From the IMG/VR virus record IMGVR_UViG_3300044844_000928: a DNA stretch of 64,000 nt. One strand, written 5' to 3'. The notes under the pieces were generated by a model. That model was not told where the DNA came from. It was given only the letters and a program-made list of their open reading frames with translations, and did not search any database. This stretch comes from a virus. A program made the translations under genes and the position numbers. Of the stretch, positions 1 to 8,662 are shown piece by piece; within the stretch, counting starts at the first letter, position 1, and every line of letters begins with the position of its first letter.

Positions 1-84
1 CCGATTTCAACAATATACAAGTATATTAAAACCAGAACAAACGTTAATGAAACGTTCCTGAAATAATAATAGGTTTAAATAATT

Positions 85-312
85 ATGAAATACGGTAAAA
101 GTGATGGCGGTTCAGCATTTCCTAATCTAAGAAGTGATAGCATGGGATACTTACAAACAGAACAGTATGGAATGACCTTACGAGATTATTTTGCGGCGCA
201 AGTGCTTCCAACTATTACGGATAGATACACAAACTTAAATCAAAATCACGACTATATTGCCAGATTATGTTACGATCTTGCCGATGCTATGGTTGCTGCT
301 AGAGGAAATTAA
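85..312 (+). CDS. small phage hypothetical protein (GMTLRDYFAA motif family)
   Basis: 75-aa ORF with the AFP...GMTLRDYFAAQ...Y.LADAM motif common in small phage proteins. Confidence 0.7.
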   Translation: MKYGKSDGGSAFPNLRSDSMGYLQTEQYGMTLRDYFAAQVLPTITDRYTNLNQNHDYIARLCYDLADAMVAARGN

Positions 313-315
313 ATT

Positions 316-519
316 ATGAAATTCAGTCATACTACTAAATTACAAATTATTTGGATGATTAGTATCGCTATTTTGTTGTATGTAAGTATTGTGTTAGGGA
401 CATTATACTATGATTATGAACATTTTGAAGAAACATGTAAAAATTTAGGCGGTATTTATACACAAACTCAAGAGGAAAAACTGTGTTATCAGTTAGAAAA
501 ACATGATGTCACGACTTAA
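316..519 (+). CDS. small membrane protein, hypothetical
   Basis: N-terminal hydrophobic stretch; follows the previous ORF after 3 nt with GAGG upstream. Confidence 0.6.
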   Translation: MKFSHTTKLQIIWMISIAILLYVSIVLGTLYYDYEHFEETCKNLGGIYTQTQEEKLCYQLEKHDVTT

Positions 520-608
520 ATCGTTTTTGCTAATAAGCATGATTATTTTTATGTTTATATTAGATTTTATCACATTTTACAAATCGGTATATACACCAAA
601 GGGAAAAT

Positions 609-875
609 ATGCATATATCTCCAGTGTCCAACCCAACTCTAATTAACGCAACAATAAATTCATTAAGGCATCTTGAATCTGATAATTTACAAAGTATTCA
701 TATGAAATATGATTTAATAAAAGATGCTGAAATAAAGTTTGACATTCATAAGGTGATGCAAACAGCCGCTATAGCTAACAGGTTAGCGGTAGATATTCAA
801 AATACCGATCCATTTTGGATAAACAATGTGAATTATGTTGCATCATACAGTAAGCACAATTATACGCATATTTGA
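609..875 (+). CDS. hypothetical protein
   Basis: ORF with AAGGGA RBS. Confidence 0.55.
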   Translation: MHISPVSNPTLINATINSLRHLESDNLQSIHMKYDLIKDAEIKFDIHKVMQTAAIANRLAVDIQNTDPFWINNVNYVASYSKHNYTHI

Positions 876-953
876 TGCATTAGCCGGCTCTTATTTCTCT
901 AAATATTAAGGTATAATGTTTTTAAATATTTAATTTTACATAAAGAAGGCTAC

Positions 954-1952
954 ATGAAATCTTACAAACAATTTATCGCTGAATCTAAAATGACTAATGA
1001 TGAGGCAATGAAAATCTTAGATTTATCTGGATCTTATACCCCAGAAGACATAAAGAAAGCCTATAAAGTTGCCTCAAGCAAAAATCATCCAGATAAAGGC
1101 GGCGACACAGAAACAATGAAAAGCATTAATGTTGCTTATGAAAAATTAAAAGATTCAACTGGAAAGGCAAGTTTGTCTAAACAATCTTATGAGGAACGTT
1201 CCGCTTGGTGGAGAGATATAGCCAAAACAGTTCAACTTGAAATCAAATCAAAATACAAACCAGAAGAATTTGTAAAGTATTTCAATTCAGCATTTAAACA
1301 AGATTTCAAAGGAACGACAGTTTGGGGCGAGATTTCGGAAACATCTTCTCCATCATATGTTAATGTTAAAACAGAATTCGCTAATGCCGATAAAACAATT
1401 GCTTTTGATTTTTTTATTTCAGTTTACCTTGCCAATGTCGTTAACAGTAAGAATTCAATGTCCTTGAGTTTTAATGAGAATATTTCTTATCCAATCTCAA
1501 TTACTGCTTATGGATATGCCAATAAGAAAAAACAGAAAATGGCGCAAAATGATTATTCTAGTACCATTGATCATTCTGTGGTATTTGACCCTAAAATGTC
1601 ATTCCCTTTAGCTAAATTGAAGAAAATGTCTGCTACTCCAACTAAACCTGCGAAAATGACTAAAGCGAGTTTTGCTCTAGCTATACAGAAAGAGTTAGGG
1701 GGTTTAAGATGGAATGATGATTCTTATAAGATTGATTTATCTGATGGAATGCTATTATTTTACAGAACCACTATGTTAGGTAAAGGATTCTGGACAGCTC
1801 AAGTAGGAGTCCAAAATGGAAAATACAGATTTACTGGTCAATCTAAAATGCATTCATTTGATGAATCTGCTGCTACCATTGATGAATTATTAAAACTAAA
1901 ATCAATGAATTTACATGATGCGACTAACCATTTAAATGCGTTATCTTATTAA
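954..1952 (+). CDS. J-domain (DnaJ-like) protein with capsid-targeting-like N-terminus
   Basis: AMKILDL...IKKAYK...NHPDKGGD...INVAYEKL (HPD motif). N-terminus MKSYKQFIAES resembles the T4 internal-protein CTS. CTAAATA late-promoter-like site at ~899. Confidence 0.85.
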   Translation: MKSYKQFIAESKMTNDEAMKILDLSGSYTPEDIKKAYKVASSKNHPDKGGDTETMKSINVAYEKLKDSTGKASLSKQSYEERSAWWRDIAKTVQLEIKSKYKPEEFVKYFNSAFKQDFKGTTVWGEISETSSPSYVNVKTEFANADKTIAFDFFISVYLANVVNSKNSMSLSFNENISYPISITAYGYANKKKQKMAQNDYSSTIDHSVVFDPKMSFPLAKLKKMSATPTKPAKMTKASFALAIQKELGGLRWNDDSYKIDLSDGMLLFYRTTMLGKGFWTAQVGVQNGKYRFTGQSKMHSFDESAATIDELLKLKSMNLHDATNHLNALSY

Positions 1953-1958
1953 TCTCTT

Positions 1959-1984
1959 AAAGCCGGCTTAAAGCCGGCTTTTTT
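1959..1984 (+). terminator. intrinsic terminator (GCCGGC stem)
   Basis: aaagccggc-ttaaa-gccggcttt followed by a T run. Confidence 0.85.
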
Positions 1985-2063
1985 GCGCCTAAAATAAAAC
2001 TTTACTTTTATTCGCAATTCATATATAATTGGCTTTCGTTAATATAACTTCGGTGTAAATATT

Positions 2064-2981
2064 ATGGCTATTAAAAAATCTAAAACAGAAAAAAACAAAG
2101 AACTTGTTGAAAAAATTATCAAGTCTGTAAAAGGCGTTGGTGAACCACAGATTAATATTCTCAACTATAAAATGACCTTAATTCAAGCTTTGAATTTCTA
2201 TAACGCATATCACTCTAATAAAGAGTGTAAAAAATGGGCAGTTGATTACATTTGTAAAAATGACAAATCATTAAAATCTAAATTTGATGATATTCCAGAT
2301 TACGAATTTCATACATTAGGCGCGTTGGCTAGAATTTTATCTAATGGTTCTATTCTAGAAGATAAAGAATTAAACTACATTAAATCTAAATCTGAAGAAC
2401 TATTGAAATATGTTCCTCTTGAAAAGGTAGAAGTTCACGCCGCCGTTGGTGTTACTCAAAATGTTCAAGAAAATATCAGAGCCAAAATTGTTTCTGAGAT
2501 TTCTATATTCGAGGATGAGTTAGATGAGTTTATCAAAAACGGATACCCAACTGGATACCAGTTTAAATATAATTTGGTAGGAAAATCTCCTGCGGTCATT
2601 AAAGGGATATCTATTTATCTACAAAAATTGGGTGTTGAAATTAAAGAAGCATTAGCCGGTAAATGTGAACAACTTAATGAATCCTATTCAAAAGTTGGTA
2701 AAGCCAAATTAAAATCTTACTCAAATCTGCTTGATAAAATGATTAATTCATGTGCTGTGATGAGTGCACCTAAACCTAGAAAAACCAGAACGGTTAAGCC
2801 TAAAGTCGCACCAGTTAAGGTAGCAAAAGGTGCTAAAGCGCCTGCACCGGTTGAAGCGCCTAAAACTAGAAAACCTAGAACACCAAAGGTTAAGCCTGTT
2901 GTGACTGCTCCTGTTAAAACTAGAAAATCGCGTGCAGTTAAAGTCAAATCTACCGCGTCATTAGCAAGCTTTGGAGTATAG
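2064..2981 (+). CDS. T4-like hypothetical protein with Lys/Pro/Ala-rich basic C-terminal tail
   Basis: 305-aa ORF behind a TTTACT/TATAAT promoter; tail KPRKTRTVKPKVAPVKVAKGAKAPAP... Confidence 0.75.
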   Translation: MAIKKSKTEKNKELVEKIIKSVKGVGEPQINILNYKMTLIQALNFYNAYHSNKECKKWAVDYICKNDKSLKSKFDDIPDYEFHTLGALARILSNGSILEDKELNYIKSKSEELLKYVPLEKVEVHAAVGVTQNVQENIRAKIVSEISIFEDELDEFIKNGYPTGYQFKYNLVGKSPAVIKGISIYLQKLGVEIKEALAGKCEQLNESYSKVGKAKLKSYSNLLDKMINSCAVMSAPKPRKTRTVKPKVAPVKVAKGAKAPAPVEAPKTRKPRTPKVKPVVTAPVKTRKSRAVKVKSTASLASFGV

Positions 2982-2982
2982 A

Positions 2983-3387
2983 ATGAAATCACCATATTTT
3001 GAATTTATTAAAGCAATAGCAAAAAGAGCAGAGGTTAGTCAAACGCCTTGGGATATCCTAGAATATTATGATATTACTGAGGAGACTTGGATTAAATGTA
3101 GTTTTATGCCATCATTTGAAATATCTAATCAACCCTATAGAATAGCATCTCAGGTTATAGATGTGAATGGATTTAAGGTTGCTGACGGTTTACAAGAGAT
3201 GTCTGATGACGTCAACATTTTGTACTATTACCCATGCTTTAGTGAAGAAGATTTTTACTCATGTTGTTATTCTGATTTTTCAGGAGCGCCTATGTTACTT
3301 AAATTAGGACTTATGTACTTAACTGAAGCCGGTGCTATTGCTAGAGCTAAAGCTATGTTAAACATTGACCCAAACACTTTATCCTAA
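2983..3387 (+). CDS. hypothetical protein
   Basis: ORF; GGAG RBS before ATG at 2983. Confidence 0.65.
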   Translation: MKSPYFEFIKAIAKRAEVSQTPWDILEYYDITEETWIKCSFMPSFEISNQPYRIASQVIDVNGFKVADGLQEMSDDVNILYYYPCFSEEDFYSCCYSDFSGAPMLLKLGLMYLTEAGAIARAKAMLNIDPNTLS

Positions 3388-3397
3388 GGAATTTATA

Positions 3398-3670
3398 ATG
3401 AGTGACTTAATTGTATTGAAAGGCAGAACAAAATCTTCTGAAGAAAAATTAGAAGAAACTAATAAAGAAATGCTTGAAGATTATTTCGAATACATGAACG
3501 AAATGTCTGATGATATTGAGCACGTTTTATCTATAGTTTATACTAAGGGCGGGCAAATGTTGATATCGTCTAACGGGGTTGATGCTAAGTCAGCACTTTG
3601 GATGATCGAGGAGTTCAAACTAAATTGTCTTATGGGAACATTCGACCCATACGAATCAGATAAGGATTAA
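3398..3670 (+). CDS. hypothetical acidic protein
   Basis: AAGGA RBS before ATG at 3398. Confidence 0.65.
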   Translation: MSDLIVLKGRTKSSEEKLEETNKEMLEDYFEYMNEMSDDIEHVLSIVYTKGGQMLISSNGVDAKSALWMIEEFKLNCLMGTFDPYESDKD

Positions 3671-3672
3671 AA

Positions 3673-4572
3673 ATGATTATTATAGATTTTTCGGGTTGTG
3701 CGATTTCAAATATCTTAGCATTTAAATCTGATTTGCAGAATTCGAGTGATGAAAAAATTACGGATTTAGCGCGGCATACTATTTTGTCGACGATACTATC
3801 CTACAAGAAAAAATACGGTAAAAAATATGGAGAAGTTGTAATTGCGTGCGATGGAAGAAAATACTGGAGAAAGGACGTTTTTGAGCACTATAAAGCTAAC
3901 AGGAAAAAGAACAGGGATAATTCTGATATTAACTGGACGAGTTTGTTTTCGGCTTTGGAAACTGTCAAAAAAGAGTTATCAGAAACATTCCCTTTCAAAG
4001 TCATCGAAATTCAAGAAGCTGAAGCGGATGATATCATCTCAGTCTTAGCTAAGTGGAGTCAAACTAACGATATCGGTGATTCATTTTTTGATGCTGACCC
4101 AAAGCCTTTTATGATTATTTCAGCGGATAACGATTTTATCCAGCTCCAAAAATACAAAAATGTTTCTCAGTGGAGTTATATGACAAAAAAGGCTATAGTT
4201 GCCACTCAAAAAGAAGTTAAGGATAAGCTGTTAGAGCATACGGTACGTGGGGATGGGGGAGATGGCGTTCCGAACATCTTTAGTCGTGATGACTGTTTCG
4301 TTAATGGTATTAGACAAACGCCCGTATCAAGAAAAAGATTAGATGAGTTTTTAGAACTAGGGTATGAAGCTTGTCGTAACGATGAAGAACGTAGAAACTG
4401 GCAACGAAACGAACTGTTAGTTAACCTTGATAAGATTCCAGAATGGGTAGAAACTAAGATTATGAGTGAGTTTAACGGGTTAATGCCTAAGTGTGATTTA
4501 AACGCAATTATGGAATATTTTATGAAAAATAACTGTCGTTTGCTTCTTGATGAAGTTGAGAACTTTAAATAA
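3673..4572 (+). CDS. rnh: RNase H / 5'-3' exonuclease (T4 rnh family)
   Basis: IIIDFS, YWRK...YKANRKKNR, EADDII, ISADNDFIQL, GDGGDGVPNI motifs. Confidence 0.95.
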   Translation: MIIIDFSGCAISNILAFKSDLQNSSDEKITDLARHTILSTILSYKKKYGKKYGEVVIACDGRKYWRKDVFEHYKANRKKNRDNSDINWTSLFSALETVKKELSETFPFKVIEIQEAEADDIISVLAKWSQTNDIGDSFFDADPKPFMIISADNDFIQLQKYKNVSQWSYMTKKAIVATQKEVKDKLLEHTVRGDGGDGVPNIFSRDDCFVNGIRQTPVSRKRLDEFLELGYEACRNDEERRNWQRNELLVNLDKIPEWVETKIMSEFNGLMPKCDLNAIMEYFMKNNCRLLLDEVENFK

Positions 4573-4608
4573 CTAAATAATATTGATGTTAAACTATATG
4601 AGATTCAA

Positions 4609-5094
4609 ATGAGCCAACAAACTATTCCAGAGATTTTAAAAGAGATTAATTCTGCTAAAGATACTGTAGCAGCTTTGAAGCAACACTTAGATAATAACGC
4701 CTTAAAATTTATTTTTGGCTATGGGTATATTCCAAAAGCATTATTTTTATTGCCACGAGGGGAATGTCCTTATAAAGAGAATGTATCACCAATTGGTACT
4801 ACTCCAACAAATCTAACTTATGAAGCTAAAAGATTAGAAAAATTTTGTAATCCCGCCGTTAAAAGTGCACGTAGAGAGATTTTGTTTATTCAGACTCTTG
4901 AGAATATGCATAAAGACGAAGCGCGGGTTTTAGTGCTAGTAAAAGATCAGATTCTTGAAACTGATTATCCAAACATCACTCTTGAGAAAATTGTTGAAGC
5001 AGGGTTTTTCCCTATGCCGCATTTCCCTGAGGGATACGTTAAACCACAAATCATTAAACAGAAGAAAGGGAAAAAAGATGCTATCTTACAATGA
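4609..5094 (+). CDS. conserved T4-like phage hypothetical protein
   Basis: LP.G..PYK...RRE.LFIQ.LE..H..EA..L..VKD pattern; CTAAATA late-promoter-like site upstream. Confidence 0.75.
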   Translation: MSQQTIPEILKEINSAKDTVAALKQHLDNNALKFIFGYGYIPKALFLLPRGECPYKENVSPIGTTPTNLTYEAKRLEKFCNPAVKSARREILFIQTLENMHKDEARVLVLVKDQILETDYPNITLEKIVEAGFFPMPHFPEGYVKPQIIKQKKGKKDAILQ

Positions 5095-5878
5095 ATTCAA
5101 GGAAGCGGTATTAGCAGAATCAGTAGAGCAATTAGACGAATTATCTAAAGGCACTTTAGGTTCTTATATGAAAAAATCTGCTGACAGCGCATTTCACGCA
5201 CAAAAAGGTATTGAAGGAGCTGCTAGAAAACAAAGAGCAGGCTTGAACAGTTTTGATGCTAGCAAAATGAAAAGCGGTCAATCAGACGAAGAAAAAGCTA
5301 GAGCAACCAAAGCTAAAAGAGTCAAAGGTATGAATATGGCTTACAAAAAACTTCAAAAAGAAGAAGTTGAAGTATTAGAAAGCCTATTAGCTAAACTTGA
5401 TGAAGACGAAATGATGGAAGCATTTGCAGTCCATAGACATGGTGGTTCTATTGGTAGCGGTGGTCCTGTTCATGTTAAAACTCATGAAACTAAAGAAGAC
5501 GCTAAAGAACACGCTAAAAGATTGAATAAAGGATTATCTCCTGGCGAAAAATCATACTACGGTATCAAATACAAAGTATCTGAAGTCAAAGGCGATGTTA
5601 AAGAAGGCTATGATGTTGTAGAATATTCATTAGACCAACTTGATGAAGTTCACGTTAGTCAAAAAGATTGGGAAGAAGACCAAGCCTTAAAAAGCCGTCC
5701 TTCTAAATTTGATGCGAAATACAACGGCAAACCTGAAGCAAAATCTAAACACTATGTCAGTCAAAAAGATTGGGAAGAAGACCAAGCCTTAAAAAGCCGT
5801 CCTTCTAAATTTGATAAAAAATTGACTAAAGAAGAAGTTGAAGTGTTAGAAAGTCTATTAGCTAAATTAGAGAATTAA
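5078..5878 (+). CDS. putative internal head protein (CTS-like N-terminus, internal repeats)
   Basis: Likely start MLSYNEFKEAVLAES at 5078; several LDE sites; duplicated modules. Confidence 0.75.
   Translation: MLSYNEFKEAVLAESVEQLDELSKGTLGSYMKKSADSAFHAQKGIEGAARKQRAGLNSFDASKMKSGQSDEEKARATKAKRVKGMNMAYKKLQKEEVEVLESLLAKLDEDEMMEAFAVHRHGGSIGSGGPVHVKTHETKEDAKEHAKRLNKGLSPGEKSYYGIKYKVSEVKGDVKEGYDVVEYSLDQLDEVHVSQKDWEEDQALKSRPSKFDAKYNGKPEAKSKHYVSQKDWEEDQALKSRPSKFDKKLTKEEVEVLESLLAKLEN
5657..5815 (+). repeat. 57-bp direct repeat encoding SQKDWEEDQALKSRPSKFD (2 copies)
   Basis: Identical copies at ~5657-5713 and ~5759-5815. Confidence 0.9.
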
Positions 5879-5879
5879 A

Positions 5880-6857
5880 ATGTTAACATTTGCTCAATTT
5901 AAAGAAAAGGTGTTAGCTGAGTGTACTCAGCTAGATGAAGCACATAAAATTGGAAATAAGGTAACTATCCATAAAGGTACTGGTGCAGGAATTACCGGTC
6001 ATATTGGAGAAATTCGTAAAAAATTCAAAGGCGATACGGATCCTACTTATACAGTTTTCCATGGCGATAATCAAGCTATTAATGTAAGCAAAAATCAAAT
6101 CAAGGCTGTTAAAGAAAGCCTTGATGAAGGATTGAGTAAAGAAGAGCTTTCTGCAATTAAGCAACATTATTCTACTCAAAAACATATAATGGCAGATATT
6201 GGCGATTATGAATATTACACAAAACATAACGACAATAAATCGGCAGAATCTATTGCTAAAAAATTAAAAGCTATGGCGATAGATGATAAAGTTATAAATG
6301 AAGGATCTTCAAACGATACATACACAAGAATAATATTAGACCCAAAAGGTGGTGACAGCAGTTATGATGATATTTTTAAAGCTACCGTAAGAGATAGAAA
6401 TTCTCCAATAGATTTGATTAGACATTATTTCTATCAAAAACCTTTTGGTAAAATTAGAGGTGATATGACTCTTGTAGACTTTAATAGCACCAAAGAAGAA
6501 GTTCAACAGTTTTTAGATAAACACAAATTTAAAGCATCATACATGCAAACAGTAGATGAAAGGGGACATCAAGTATTTGAATCTGTAAATGAAAAATTTG
6601 CGCACCCTAATCATAAAAAATTAGATGCTAACGGTAGCGGCGAACTTGATGCTGAAGATTTCAAATTGCTTCGTGCTAAGAAAAAAACAGCCGCCGGTAA
6701 ACTAACCAAAGAAGAAAACGAAGTTTTGGAAAGTTTGCTTGCTAAGTTAGATGAAAAATGCGCTATGAAATCTGTAAAGGAAGATGACGCTGAAGAAGAT
6801 GAAGAAGAAGATGACGAAGAATGTGAAGAATCGTGTGATTCTAAGGCTAAAAAATAG
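5880..6857 (+). CDS. putative internal head protein (CTS-like N-terminus, acidic tail)
   Basis: MLTFAQFKEKVLAEC; LDE/INE/VNE sites; EF-hand-like DANGSGELDAED; shares the KLTKEE.EVLESLLAKLDE module with the upstream gene. Confidence 0.75.
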   Translation: MLTFAQFKEKVLAECTQLDEAHKIGNKVTIHKGTGAGITGHIGEIRKKFKGDTDPTYTVFHGDNQAINVSKNQIKAVKESLDEGLSKEELSAIKQHYSTQKHIMADIGDYEYYTKHNDNKSAESIAKKLKAMAIDDKVINEGSSNDTYTRIILDPKGGDSSYDDIFKATVRDRNSPIDLIRHYFYQKPFGKIRGDMTLVDFNSTKEEVQQFLDKHKFKASYMQTVDERGHQVFESVNEKFAHPNHKKLDANGSGELDAEDFKLLRAKKKTAAGKLTKEENEVLESLLAKLDEKCAMKSVKEDDAEEDEEEDDEECEESCDSKAKK

Positions 6858-7015
6858 TTATTTTATCTTTTCTTGATTATAAGGCGTTAACCTTAGCGGA
6901 AGCCAAAAAATGTAAACAAGAAGATGTTCAACTGAAAAGTGATGAGACACTCGAAGATCCTGACGAGTGTCCCATTGGACCAGGAAAAGAATGTCTGACT
7001 AAAAAGAAATCTTAA
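6854..7015 (+). CDS. unannotated 53-codon ORF with probable non-ATG start, CTS-like
   Basis: Open frame reads (I)VILSFLDYKALTLAEAKKCKQEDVQLKSDETLEDPDECPIGPGKECLTKKKS*; AAGG 7 nt before ATA at 6854. Confidence 0.45.
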   Translation: MVILSFLDYKALTLAEAKKCKQEDVQLKSDETLEDPDECPIGPGKECLTKKKS

Positions 7016-7053
7016 TCTCCGTTAAATAAGGTAATACTTCAACGGAGATTATT

Positions 7054-7374
7054 ATGCAACCAACAAAAATTGAAAACATCAAAGGCGATATTATCGTAGC
7101 ATCTTACGGGGTTTTATCAACAGGGGTATCAATTCCTTCTATTGATAATATCATATTTGCTTCTCCTAGTAAATCTATGATTCGCGTCTTACAAAGTATT
7201 GGGCGCGGCTTACGGCTAAACGAAGGAAAAACTGTCTGTAATCTTTATGACTTGTCTGATAACTTATCTACGGGTAAAAGTCATCGCAATCATACGTTGA
7301 ATCACTTTGATGAAAGAATTAAAATTTACTCAAAGGAAAAGTTTAAATTCAAACTTATCCCAGTAGATTTGTAA
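7054..7374 (+). CDS. uvsW: UvsW helicase, C-terminal fragment only (SF2 motifs V-VI)
   Basis: IIVASYGVLSTGVSI...SKS.IRVLQSIGRGLR...YD..D...H..ERI..Y..EKF matches the last ~100 aa of T4 UvsW. Confidence 0.85.
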   Translation: MQPTKIENIKGDIIVASYGVLSTGVSIPSIDNIIFASPSKSMIRVLQSIGRGLRLNEGKTVCNLYDLSDNLSTGKSHRNHTLNHFDERIKIYSKEKFKFKLIPVDL

Positions 7375-7377
7375 ACT

Positions 7378-7504
7378 AAACCGGCTTCGTGCCGGTTTTT
7401 TATTACCAAAAATAATTTAAAATAAAGCTTTACTTTTTTATAAAACATAGTATAATAGATCGTAATGAAGTTAAACCGTAATTAAATTATTTGGAGTGTT
7501 TGAT
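7378..7504 (+). promoter_or_regulatory. terminator + early promoter + conserved leader cassette (type I)
   Basis: accggc-ttcgt-gccggt hairpin, then aaaataaagcTTTACTtt-N-TATAATagatcgtaatgaagttaaacc...GGAG. Confidence 0.9.
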
Positions 7505-7663
7505 ATGTTAGTTAAAGATAGAGTTACCGGCGAAATGTACGATCCTCAAGTTGAATTTGAAAAATTGCTTAAAGACCCTGAAGTCATTGACCAAATGGTT
7601 CGTATGAAAGAAGAACGTGGTCGCGGTTGGCCAACCCGTAGCGCTCAAGATTGCCAAGAATAG
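7505..7663 (+). CDS. small early hypothetical protein (52 aa)
   Basis: MLVKDRVTGEMYDPQ...; directly behind the cassette RBS; below the ORF-track cutoff. Confidence 0.7.
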   Translation: MLVKDRVTGEMYDPQVEFEKLLKDPEVIDQMVRMKEERGRGWPTRSAQDCQE

Positions 7664-7673
7664 GAATTATATT

Positions 7674-7997
7674 ATGAATGAAACTGAATTAGCATTTTTG
7701 ACGTTATTAGAAACATCTGCGGTTAAGCCTTTGAATGATGAGTTTTTCGCTAGAATAGAAGCATTAAAAAGCGTTAAACCAAAATCATCTTTACCCTTTG
7801 AAGTTGCGAATAAAATGATTACAATTAATGATATTGTTAACCGGCTAAAAGTAACCAGAACCCAAGTAGATATGGCTATCTACTCTGGTTACTTACCAAA
7901 GCCGACTATAGATAATAACGGGTGGGAAGATAGCCATATTGAATGGTTCATATCTACTTGGGAAGCCAAATTGGCAAGATTAAATAAAGGTGACTAA
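7674..7997 (+). CDS. protein with C-terminal AlpA/excisionase-like HTH
   Basis: ITINDIVNRLKVTRTQV...GYLPKP....GW pattern; AGGA RBS. Confidence 0.55.
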   Translation: MNETELAFLTLLETSAVKPLNDEFFARIEALKSVKPKSSLPFEVANKMITINDIVNRLKVTRTQVDMAIYSGYLPKPTIDNNGWEDSHIEWFISTWEAKLARLNKGD

Positions 7998-8080
7998 TGT
8001 GATATATTATGCTGGAAGTAATACGTGGTTTTTTGAATACGAATTTGAAATTGAACTTGATTTAGAAATACAGGATATCG

Positions 8081-8497
8081 ATGAAGATGAAGCCTAAATT
8101 TATTGCGTACTATATGGGAATTGCGGAGTTAACCGCGCAACTATCTACGGCAAATAAATTAAAGGTTGGTGCCATAGCGGTTAAAAATGGCAGAATCATT
8201 TCTGAAGGATATAACGGTACAACGGCGGGTTCATCAAACCAATGTGAAGATGAAAACGGTATGACTTTCCCTTACGTCATACATGCTGAGGGTAATCTTA
8301 TCGCAAAATTAGCAAAATCTAATGAATCCTCTGAAGGGGCAACTATTTTCTTAACACACTCTCCTTGTTTACAATGCGCTAAATTAATACAAGGCGCGGG
8401 TATTTCAACGGTGTATTATAAAAACGCCTATCGTTCTGATGATGGAATTAATTTTTTAACAGAAAATAATGTGAATGTTATCACATTAGGGAGTTAA
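8081..8497 (+). CDS. cd: dCMP deaminase
   Basis: KVGA, GYNG, HAE, THSPCLQCAKLI zinc motifs. Confidence 0.95.
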   Translation: MKMKPKFIAYYMGIAELTAQLSTANKLKVGAIAVKNGRIISEGYNGTTAGSSNQCEDENGMTFPYVIHAEGNLIAKLAKSNESSEGATIFLTHSPCLQCAKLIQGAGISTVYYKNAYRSDDGINFLTENNVNVITLGS

Positions 8498-8499
8498 GT

Positions 8500-8658
8500 A
8501 TGGCAAAACAGTGGGAAGGCGGTAAAGGCGATAATTCTAGACCAATGGCAGTATCTAGACAAAAGTTTGAAGATAATTGGGATAGAATATTCAAGAAACC
8601 CAAAGAAGAACCTAAAGAAGAACCTAAAGAAGAAAAACCGGTAAAACCTAGCGAGTGA
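8500..8658 (+). CDS. small phage peptide (GGKG..RP...NWDRIF) with EEPK repeats
   Basis: 52-aa ORF read from the sequence; 12-nt tandem repeat aaagaagaacct. Confidence 0.6.
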   Translation: MAKQWEGGKGDNSRPMAVSRQKFEDNWDRIFKKPKEEPKEEPKEEKPVKPSE

Positions 8659-8662
8659 TATT

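Noticed and set aside
4955-5077. Long N-terminal extension of the 4955-5878 ORF
   Set aside because: It overlaps the upstream gene; the ATG at 5078 has an RBS and gives the CTS-like start.
7054-7090. Split-intein C-fragment at the start of the UvsW piece
   Set aside because: No HN/HQ followed by C/S/T and no block F motif.
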